This document shows positions 17,573 to 24,391 of a stretch of DNA of 48,240 nucleotides, piece by piece. A program made the translations under genes and the position numbers. The stretch is taken from NCBI GenBank assembly GCA_030625695.1, contig DAOUQK010000001.1:1-48240 (forward strand). Reading direction: 5' to 3'. The notes under the pieces are model-generated. The model had not been told where the DNA came from, searched no databases, and worked only from the letters and a program-made list of their open reading frames with translations. Source of the DNA: Paracoccaceae bacterium. Its GTDB lineage: Bacteria; Pseudomonadota; Alphaproteobacteria; Rhodobacterales; Rhodobacteraceae. Positions within the stretch are counted from its first letter, which is position 1. Each line of letters opens with the position of its first letter.

Positions 17573-18955
17573 TTATTCTCCGCCATATTCTTTGTAGATG
17601 TCGCGCCAGGGTCGGCTTTCATACGCCACCCGCTTGATATTGATCAGATGCAGGGCGGTGACATTGTCCGAGGTGATCGACCCCGACCAGGTGCCCGTGC
17701 CCAGCATGAAACTTGGTTCCAGATCGGTGGAATACCCCATGCCGCCCAGGATGCCGGGTGTGTTGACCAGAACGCGCCCCGTCGGCACGGAGGAAAATTG
17801 CGCAACAATTGACGGGTCGTCCGCGTGGATCACCGAGGAATGGCCCCAACCTTCGAATTTCGCGATGTTATGGGCAATCTCGATACCTTGATCGCTGTCA
17901 CGGGCCTCATAGAACGCCAATACCGGGTTCAGCTTTTCGGCTGAAAGGGGCCGGTGCCAGCCAATCTCGCTCTCCTCCGAAACCAGACAGCGGGTCCGGG
18001 GCGGGATTGAAAACCCGGCTGCGTCTGCCAGTGCCTGAGGCGATTGGCCGACGCGCTCGGGGTTCATCGCTTGCCGACCGTTAAAGATAACCTTAGCCAG
18101 ACGATCTGCCTCGGCAGGGGTGCAGAAATACGCACCCTTTAGTTTTAATTCATGGCGCAAATCACGGGCAATTTCACGGTCGGCAATAACCGCCTGTTCC
18201 GAAACGCAGGCCGTGCCATAGTCGAACGCCTTGGACATGACGATCATTTCAGCGACTTCACCTATGTCGTCCTTCTTGGACTTGTGAACATAACACGGCA
18301 CATTGCCGGCCCCTACGGCCAGTGTCGGTTTGCCCGAGGAATAGGCCGCCTTGACCATCGCCGGGCCACCCGTCGCCATGACCACCGAAGTGCGCCGGTG
18401 GCGCATTAACTCAGCCGTGCCTTGGATTGTCACCTCTTCCAGACATTGGATCAGCCCCTTGGGCGCACCCATTTGTTCGGCCACGTCGGCCATGATGCGT
18501 ACGGTTTCAATGCCACAGCGCACGCCGCGCGGGTGTGGCGCGCAAACAATGGCATTGCCGGCCTTTACCGCTGACAAAACCTTGAAAATGATGGTTGATG
18601 TAGGGTTGGTCACCGGCACCAAGGCGGCAACCACGCCCATCGGTTCGCCAAAGGCGGCGACTTTGGTGGCCTCATCGCTCCATAACATGCCCAACGTGGT
18701 CACATCACGCAGGTAATCCGCCACTGACAAAGCGTTGAACAGGTTTTTGACCCGCTTGTCTTCGACATTGCCGTATCCGGTTTCTTCCACCGCCAATTGA
18801 CCCAAGCGCAGCGCTTCTGGCTCAACGGCGCGGGCCATGGCATCAACAATGGCATCAACTTGTTTGGGGTCCGTGCCCAGAAACGCGCGGTATGCCTCAA
18901 ACGCGCTTTCGGCGCAGCGACGCGCGGCGGCGATTGATTTCAGGTCTGCGTCCAT
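17573..18955 (-). CDS. CoA-acylating aldehyde dehydrogenase (stand-alone AdhE-N-terminal type)
   Basis: 460 aa. By my recollection of the AdhE sequence it aligns from residue 1 with the aldehyde-dehydrogenase half of AdhE. Shared motifs are QLAVEETGYGNVEDK, PVTNPTST, GAGNVPCYV, FDYGTACVSEQ (catalytic Cys) and HLINIKRVA. Confidence 0.85.
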   Translation of the reverse strand: MDADLKSIAAARRCAESAFEAYRAFLGTDPKQVDAIVDAMARAVEPEALRLGQLAVEETGYGNVEDKRVKNLFNALSVADYLRDVTTLGMLWSDEATKVAAFGEPMGVVAALVPVTNPTSTIIFKVLSAVKAGNAIVCAPHPRGVRCGIETVRIMADVAEQMGAPKGLIQCLEEVTIQGTAELMRHRRTSVVMATGGPAMVKAAYSSGKPTLAVGAGNVPCYVHKSKKDDIGEVAEMIVMSKAFDYGTACVSEQAVIADREIARDLRHELKLKGAYFCTPAEADRLAKVIFNGRQAMNPERVGQSPQALADAAGFSIPPRTRCLVSEESEIGWHRPLSAEKLNPVLAFYEARDSDQGIEIAHNIAKFEGWGHSSVIHADDPSIVAQFSSVPTGRVLVNTPGILGGMGYSTDLEPSFMLGTGTWSGSITSDNVTALHLINIKRVAYESRPWRDIYKEYGGE

Positions 18956-20148
18956 TACCGTGTCCCTGCTGCAATTGCGTCCATCACCCTGCGGGCGCTG
19001 TCGATGTCACTGGCTTCGATACCGATAGTTTCAAGGCGCCGACCTGCGGCGGCGACATCCGCGCCCAAAATGCTGGACGCCAATGTGACCATCGACTGCG
19101 TTACCGGCACGTCAACGCCTGCCAGCTTCGCGGCAGAGATCAGCGGCACAAACGACCCGATCACCCCGTCGCGCATAAGAGTATTCGCGGCCTTCTGATC
19201 AGGGATACCTCGCGCGCCCGCGCCGCGTAGCGCGCCTGCGTGGATCCGCACCCAAGCGTCCGTATCCGGCAAGTTTCGCAGGCCAAAGGCCTGCGCCACC
19301 AAACGCCGTTCCTGCGCCAGACGATTAATCACCGCCCTGTGCTGTGTCCCAATAAGCGAAGCGAACGTTGCATTTTCATCCAATGCCACCCCGCCCATCG
19401 GCACAGGCGCGCCAGCGCCTTCCAACCCCGGACCGCCCAACAGCAAAGCAGGCAATTCCACCAAGGCAGAGCCGTCGGCAAAGCCGCTTTCCAACACCGA
19501 TGCCTGTTCTACCAGATCCGGTAAATACCGCGCCAACCCGCGCAATACGTCCGAGCGCCCGCGCGGCAAGGTCGCGGCAGCGACCGGGCCAACAGCGGAA
19601 AGCGTCAGTGTCGCGCCGGTTTCGGAGATCCAATACGGCAAGCCTTGGGCTTCGACCAAAGTGATATCCGCCGTACAACCACCGATGCGTAACATCCAGG
19701 CGGCCTCAAGCGCGCCCAGCGAGCGCCCCGGGGCCAGAACCAACACCTGACCATCTTGCAGATGATCCGCCAGAACCATCGCATAGGTGCGCATTTTGTG
19801 CACCGGACCGGTCAGGAAAATCACATCGGCCTTGGCCACCGCTCCGTCCAGTTCCGCCGTGGTACGAATAGAAGGCCCCGCGTCGCGATCCACCGCATAG
19901 GTGCCAACCGGCCCGTCGCCGCGAATGGTCACGCCGCTTGAGGCGCGCAACATCTGCACCTCGGCGCCGTAGGCCGAAAACAACGTTACATCCGCGCCCT
20001 CGGCCAGGCACAACGCCGCCAAAAGACGCCCTTCGACCCCGCCGCCAAGCACTGCGACACGGGACAATTCTGGCGCGTTTATCGCCACCCTTGTCCCGCC
20101 GCTTACTTTAGCAACCGCTTCTGTGAATTCCTCAAATCCGCCAGCCAT
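18955..20148 (-). CDS. Opine (octopine/nopaline) dehydrogenase-family-like NAD(P) oxidoreductase with an N-terminal amphipathic extension
   Basis: 397 aa. RVAVLGGGVEGRLLAALCLAEGADVTLF is a Rossmann fold. The middle and C-terminal region (LAPGRSLGALE, ...ENATFASLIGTQHRAVINRLAQERRLVAQAFGL...) resembles the Octopine_DH domain. The family call rests on motif recollection only. Confidence 0.55.
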   Translation of the reverse strand: MAGGFEEFTEAVAKVSGGTRVAINAPELSRVAVLGGGVEGRLLAALCLAEGADVTLFSAYGAEVQMLRASSGVTIRGDGPVGTYAVDRDAGPSIRTTAELDGAVAKADVIFLTGPVHKMRTYAMVLADHLQDGQVLVLAPGRSLGALEAAWMLRIGGCTADITLVEAQGLPYWISETGATLTLSAVGPVAAATLPRGRSDVLRGLARYLPDLVEQASVLESGFADGSALVELPALLLGGPGLEGAGAPVPMGGVALDENATFASLIGTQHRAVINRLAQERRLVAQAFGLRNLPDTDAWVRIHAGALRGAGARGIPDQKAANTLMRDGVIGSFVPLISAAKLAGVDVPVTQSMVTLASSILGADVAAAGRRLETIGIEASDIDSARRVMDAIAAGTR

Positions 20149-20165
20149 GGACCCGTCCCCTTAGC

Positions 20166-20474
20166 CTAGTCCGCAGACCCGGACCCTAGTGCGTCGAGAA
20201 TGCCTTCAAGTTCATCATGTGGCCGTGCGATCACGTGCACCGATACTACATCGCCGATCTTGTTGGCGGCTGTGGCCCCGGCATCGGTCGCCGCCTTCAC
20301 CGCCCCGACTTCACCGCGCACCAGCGTGGTGATCAGACCGCCGCCGGCTTTGGTTTGGCCCAGAATTGTCACGCTGGCCGCTTTGACCATCGCATCCGCC
20401 GCCTCGATCGAGGCGACGAGGCCACGGGTTTCGATCATTCCAAGGGCCATCTGGCCCGCTGCTGGTTTTGCCAT
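20166..20474 (-). CDS. BMC-H shell protein (hexamer, PduA/EutM-like)
   Basis: 102 aa: [77 protein letters not shown]. This is a near-canonical BMC domain. The edge Lys (AMVK) and the RPH Arg are present, and the pore loop is KAGGGL as in EutM. Confidence 0.95.
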   Translation of the reverse strand: MAKPAAGQMALGMIETRGLVASIEAADAMVKAASVTILGQTKAGGGLITTLVRGEVGAVKAATDAGATAANKIGDVVSVHVIARPHDELEGILDALGSGSAD

Positions 20475-20494
20475 GTCTTAAGTCCTTCTATAGG

Positions 20495-20770
20495 TTATTT
20501 TTTCTTTGATATCGTAATGTGTTCAACGATTGCGATGATGCATGCATCAATCGGCACCCCGGCCAGCCCGGCGGGCAGACGCGCACCAGAACCGGTCACG
20601 ATCATCACAGTATCGCCAACGCCAGCACCGCAGGTATCAGCCGCCACCACCGACGGCTCCAACACTTTGCCGGACCCGTCAATAATGTCGCATAACAACA
20701 GCTTATGACCGGTCAGTTGGGCTTCTTTGGCCGTCGCTGTGACCGTGCCGATGACTTTTGCCACTCGCAT
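20495..20770 (-). CDS. BMC-P vertex protein (pentamer, EutN/CcmL/PduN family)
   Basis: 91 aa: MRVAKVIGTVTATAKEAQLTGHKLLLCDIID...AADTCGAGVGDTVMIVTGSGAR...PIDACIIAIVEHI. It parallels EutN (MKLAVVTGQIVCTV...KLLMVEMID...GAGTGEWVLLVSGSSAR). Its start shares nt 20770 with the stop of the GS-like gene. Confidence 0.9.
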   Translation of the reverse strand: MRVAKVIGTVTATAKEAQLTGHKLLLCDIIDGSGKVLEPSVVAADTCGAGVGDTVMIVTGSGARLPAGLAGVPIDACIIAIVEHITISKKK

Positions 20771-22065
20771 TAGAAATTATCCCGATAACGGTCGATTTCC
20801 ACCTGCGTCACTTGCTGGGAAAAGAACTCCAACTCGCGTTCGCTCTGCTGGCAGGCCAGTTCCCACATGTCGTCGCCCATCACGCCCCTGAGCCAGTCCG
20901 ACCCTCGCGCCAATGCAATGGCGTCGCGCAGGTCAGTGGGGATGGGGGCGGCATCTTCGACCTCGTAGCCATTGCCGGTGGTCATCTCAGAAGGTTCAAT
21001 GCCCTGTTCGATGCCGTCAAGACCGGCGGCAATATCACTTGCCAACAGGAAATACGGATTGCAATCGGCCCCTGCATCGCGCTTTTCCACCCGAACGGCG
21101 CTGTCATTACCTTCAATCACCCGCAGGCCAACGGTGCGGTTATCCAGCCCCCAGGTCGTGTTGATCGGACAGAAGGTATATGGCTGGCGGCGACGATAGC
21201 CGTTGACCGTGGCACTGCCGCAAATCGAGGCTTCGGCCATGCGTTTCTGCATGCCGCCAACAAAATGACGGCCCGTTTGGTTCAACTTGCCATTGTCGGC
21301 AAAGACGTTCTTGCCGTCTTTCCATAGCGAATAGTGGCAGTGAAACCCGTTGCCGGAATCCTCATAAAACGGCTTGGCCATAAAGGTCGCTTTATAGCCA
21401 TGCGCGCCTGCCAGTTGTTTGACCAGGGAACGGAACATCACCACCCGGTCCGCCGACAGTAACGCCTCGTCGAAGCGTACATTCACTTCGACCTGGCCGG
21501 CCGCGTATTCCGGGTTTGATTGCTCAATCGGAATGCCACATTCGTTGATCTGGGTGCGGATTGGGCCAAGCACATGTTCAAGCTCTGCCGCCCTCTCAAG
21601 CCCATAAACCTGAATGCCGGAATCCCTCGGTTTGCCGGTTTCGGGATCAAGCAGATAGAATTCCAATTCGGTCCCGACCTGAACCTCAAACCCCATGTCA
21701 GCCGCGCGTTTCACCTGACGCTCAAGCATTGGGCGCGGGTCAATCGGTACTTGCTTGTGATTCATCCCCTCGGCGCGGGCAAAACACATGGCCACGCCCG
21801 GCTCCCACGGCAGGGCGACCGGTTTGGTCATCGGGAACATGTGCATGTCGGGATAACCGTTGTCGAAATTGACATACGGCGTGTCCCAGACGTCGCAGGT
21901 CATATCAATGGCGAAAAGGGCGAGCGAGTAGGCATTGCCATTATTGCAAATGTTCTCCCAATGGCTGGCCGGAATACGCTTGCCGCGCATAATGCCGTTC
22001 AGGTCTCCAAGGCCCAGAATTACCGTATGTGTTCCCTCGGGTAACGTGAAATCAGTTGACGTCAA
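20770..22065 (-). CDS. Glutamine-synthetase-family enzyme (candidate gamma-glutamyl-amine synthetase, GmaS/PuuA-like); first gene of the BMC operon
   Basis: GS catalytic motifs are present: GTELEFYLL, NPEYAAGQVEVN, ATFMAKP, GNGFHCHYSLW, NGYRRR, WGLDNRTVGLRV, RVEKRDAGADCNPYF. The track start at 22080 is a TTG sitting inside a GGGAGG Shine-Dalgarno sequence. I prefer the TTG at 22065, 7 nt after that sequence, but the start remains uncertain. Confidence 0.85.
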   Translation of the reverse strand: MTSTDFTLPEGTHTVILGLGDLNGIMRGKRIPASHWENICNNGNAYSLALFAIDMTCDVWDTPYVNFDNGYPDMHMFPMTKPVALPWEPGVAMCFARAEGMNHKQVPIDPRPMLERQVKRAADMGFEVQVGTELEFYLLDPETGKPRDSGIQVYGLERAAELEHVLGPIRTQINECGIPIEQSNPEYAAGQVEVNVRFDEALLSADRVVMFRSLVKQLAGAHGYKATFMAKPFYEDSGNGFHCHYSLWKDGKNVFADNGKLNQTGRHFVGGMQKRMAEASICGSATVNGYRRRQPYTFCPINTTWGLDNRTVGLRVIEGNDSAVRVEKRDAGADCNPYFLLASDIAAGLDGIEQGIEPSEMTTGNGYEVEDAAPIPTDLRDAIALARGSDWLRGVMGDDMWELACQQSERELEFFSQQVTQVEIDRYRDNF

Positions 22066-22103
22066 GATGCAACCTCCCAATTGCTTATGGTCTTGCGTTT
22101 AGT

Positions 22104-22138
22104 TGTATTCTGTATACAGTATTCAAAAATACAGTCAA
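22104..22138. promoter_or_regulatory. Operator/promoter B in the divergent region between the BMC operon and the flavoenzyme gene
   Basis: Tandem heptads TGTATTC-TGTATAC-AGTATTC (22104-22124) contain the palindrome CTGTATACAG (22110-22119). On the minus strand a -35-like TTGACT (22133-22138) lies 16 nt upstream of TATACA (22111-22116). Confidence 0.55.
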
Positions 22139-22169
22139 CAGCACCAAAACGACAAGGACGATTTTGATC

Positions 22170-23309
22170 ATGGCACCCAGCAACATCATTGTCGTGGGCG
22201 GTGGTATTGCCGGTACGATGACGGCGCTTGAACTTCAGCGCAAGGGTGAACAGGTGACGCTGATCGACCGGTGGGAACCGGGGCATTCGCGGGCCTCTTC
22301 AACCGATTACAACCGGGTGATCCGGGCGATTTCCGGACGGGACGAATTCTATACCAAATGGGCGCGGGAAAGCCGGTTGCGGTGGTTGGAACTTCAGGCC
22401 GAAAGTGGCCAGAATCTGATGTATGAATGCGGTGCTTTGATCCTGGCCACCGAGGGCCATTGCGATTGGGAAGACGCGACAAGTCAGACCTTCGACAAGC
22501 TTGGCGTGCCTTATTACAAGTATTCGCAGTCGGAAATTCAGCAAAGATTTCCCCAGTTTCGCGTGCCCGACATCGGCTATGCCCTGTTCGAACCCGAGGC
22601 GGGCATGCTGATGGCGCACCGCTGTGTTCTGACCGGGATCGACCTGTTCAAACGCGCGGGCGGCGTGGTGAAACGGGGCCGCGTGACCACCGATGGGTCC
22701 GAGCGGCCGATGCTGGATGGCAAGCTGCTTGAGGCGGATGTTATCATCATCGCCACTGGCCCGTGGATGTCAGATATGTTCCCGCGCACCATTAAGCCGA
22801 TCACCACAGTGATTGGTGTCAATGTGATCTATACCTCGACCCCCGACGGGTCGGACGCATTTGACATGGAAAACATGCCCTGCTGGATTGATCATGGGCG
22901 TAGTTCGTTTGGCCTGCCGTCGTCCGAAGGGTCGGGCGTCAAGGCGGCTGTGGTTATCCCTGACAAGATCGACCTTGATAACGACGAACGCCTGATCCGG
23001 CGTGAATGTCTAAGCCGCACCCGCAGTTATATCGAACACCGCTTCCCGGGGTTGGTGGGCGAAAAGGTGGTAGATTCCAAGTTCAACCAGATCATCCTGA
23101 CGCCAGATACGCATTTCATTGTCGACTGGCACCCCGAGCATGACAATGTTCTTTTCGCGGGGGGCTGTTCCGGGCATCTGTTCAAACACGCGCCCGTATT
23201 CGGCAGCTTTGTGGCCGGGGTCGCGGTTGGGGACTATGGCACGGCCGACCGGTTCAAGGTTGCCAACCGACGCAAACTTAGCCCGAAAGAAAGCCCGTCA
23301 GGACGATAA
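22170..23309 (+). CDS. Monomeric sarcosine-oxidase-like (MSOX/DAO family) FAD-dependent secondary-amine oxidoreductase
   Basis: ORF 22056..23309. The preferred start is ATG 22170, with an AAGGA Shine-Dalgarno sequence upstream. MAPSNIIVVGGGIAGTMTALEL is a GxGxxG motif. GHSRASSTDYNRVIR...RLRWLELQ matches the MSOX/SolA pattern. GGCSGHLFK resembles the region carrying the covalent-flavin Cys in MSOX-type enzymes; that point is tentative. Confidence 0.8.
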   Translation: MAPSNIIVVGGGIAGTMTALELQRKGEQVTLIDRWEPGHSRASSTDYNRVIRAISGRDEFYTKWARESRLRWLELQAESGQNLMYECGALILATEGHCDWEDATSQTFDKLGVPYYKYSQSEIQQRFPQFRVPDIGYALFEPEAGMLMAHRCVLTGIDLFKRAGGVVKRGRVTTDGSERPMLDGKLLEADVIIIATGPWMSDMFPRTIKPITTVIGVNVIYTSTPDGSDAFDMENMPCWIDHGRSSFGLPSSEGSGVKAAVVIPDKIDLDNDERLIRRECLSRTRSYIEHRFPGLVGEKVVDSKFNQIILTPDTHFIVDWHPEHDNVLFAGGCSGHLFKHAPVFGSFVAGVAVGDYGTADRFKVANRRKLSPKESPSGR

Positions 23310-23639
23310 ATCGGCGTAATGTGCCGCGTTCGGGCAGTCATAAGGATCAAACGCGCCTTCATTTCCGGCCAGAAATGCTTTGCATTCCTTGGACTTTTCA
23401 CAGGTTGTACAGGCTAGGACAATCTCTAACGCGCGCCAGCGGGTGGCGTCGATAACTTTGCCGGTGACGCCGAAATGTGCTGCCATCGCCTCCATCTGGT
23501 TACGCACCCCGGGGCGGGCATTGGCAAATGTTGCAATGTCTTCGCGCGATACGGACAGATCGGCGCAAAGCCGGTCGAGTTCCTGCGATGTCAGAATCCT
23601 TTTACGGGCCCTGTCAAACAACCCTAGTAATCCAGTCAT
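23298..23639 (-). CDS. Small Cys-motif protein (DUF6455-like), function unknown
   Basis: 113 aa with a strong AGGAGG Shine-Dalgarno sequence 9 nt upstream. C-x2-C-x5-C-x2-FL...CPN (CTTCEKSKECKAFLAGNEGAFDPYDCPN) matches my recollection of DUF6455 proteins of Rhodobacterales. Its 3' end overlaps the convergent flavoenzyme gene by 12 bp. Confidence 0.6.
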   Translation of the reverse strand: MTGLLGLFDRARKRILTSQELDRLCADLSVSREDIATFANARPGVRNQMEAMAAHFGVTGKVIDATRWRALEIVLACTTCEKSKECKAFLAGNEGAFDPYDCPNAAHYADLSS

Positions 23640-23698
23640 GCGGCTATCCTCCTGATTGCGACGCTAAAGTCTGAAAGACTGCAAGACTTTGAGGCAGA

Positions 23699-24391
23699 TC
23701 AATTTACCGGCGCGCCACGCAGTAATTTAGCCGCTTCCTTGGCCATCAGATCAACCAGCACGTCGCCAGAAACGACAGACGCCAGCCGGTCTTTGGTCTC
23801 GACAGGGGATTGTTGATCGCCTGCGTTTTTTTCAATCGCATGAGTAATAAATGCGCGGGTGAATTCCGGGTGGAATTGCACCGACATGGCCGGGAAATCA
23901 TAGGCCAGAACGCCAAACGGACAATAATCAGCACCGCCCAGAACCCTGGCCCCGGGTGGTACTTTTATCACCTGATCGCGGTGCCAGACATGGGCATCAA
24001 CGTCTTTCCCGTTCACCTTAAAGCGCCGCACGCCAACCACTTCGCCCAAACCGGCCAGTTCTGCCTTGCCGCCATAAACCTCGGCCATGAATTGATGAGC
24101 GAAACAGATACCGAAAACCGGAGCCGCCTGCGCCTTTGCTTCCAGCAAGAAGGTGCGCAAACGCCCCAACCAAGGCATATCATCATAAACGCCCTTCTCG
24201 GACCCACTCAGTACAAATCCGTCAAAATCGCCAACCTGCGGCACCGGCGTGCCAGCCGTTACTTCGATCACCGTCAGTTCATCACCCGGCATCGCCGGGG
24301 CCAGCCATTCGCGGATTGTGCGGCCTACGTGTTTGCCGCCGCCGATGTCTTCGGGCAGGTCGGTCAGGTTCAGGATGGCAATCCTTACCAA
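23699..24391 (-). CDS. Class I glutamine amidotransferase-fold protein (candidate gamma-glutamyl-amide hydrolase)
   Basis: 230 aa. The nucleophile elbow GICFAHQ and the His/Glu pair in QFHPE are present. The TTG start overlaps the upstream stop (GATTGGTAA). Confidence 0.8.
   Translation of the reverse strand: MVRIAILNLTDLPEDIGGGKHVGRTIREWLAPAMPGDELTVIEVTAGTPVPQVGDFDGFVLSGSEKGVYDDMPWLGRLRTFLLEAKAQAAPVFGICFAHQFMAEVYGGKAELAGLGEVVGVRRFKVNGKDVDAHVWHRDQVIKVPPGARVLGGADYCPFGVLAYDFPAMSVQFHPEFTRAFITHAIEKNAGDQQSPVETKDRLASVVSGDVLVDLMAKEAAKLLRGAPVN

Noticed and set aside
17573-17620. The ALDH C-terminal tail (SRPWRDIYKEYGGE) as a C-terminal encapsulation peptide.
   Set aside because: The tail lines up with the start of the AdhE interdomain linker (RAENMLWHKLPKSIYF). 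It is therefore more simply explained by homology than as a targeting helix. I left it as an open point only.
15345-22080. Classifying the BMC as a canonical Eut, Pdu, GRM, aminoacetone (RMM)-type, PVM/SPU or carboxysome locus.
   Set aside because: None of the defining enzymes is present in or near the operon. That covers EutBC, PduCDE, glycyl-radical enzyme plus activase, the aminotransferase/kinase/phospholyase set, aldolase, and RuBisCO or carbonic anhydrase. Only the shell genes and an acylating ALDH are shared with those loci.
22056-22169. The 38-codon N-terminal extension of the MSOX-like ORF in the track (MTSRCNLPIAYGLAFSCILYTVFKNT...).
   Set aside because: It would run through the divergent promoter/operator region and overlap the start of the GS-like gene. 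ATG 22170 has a Shine-Dalgarno sequence and places the GxGxxG motif at the usual distance from the N-terminus.
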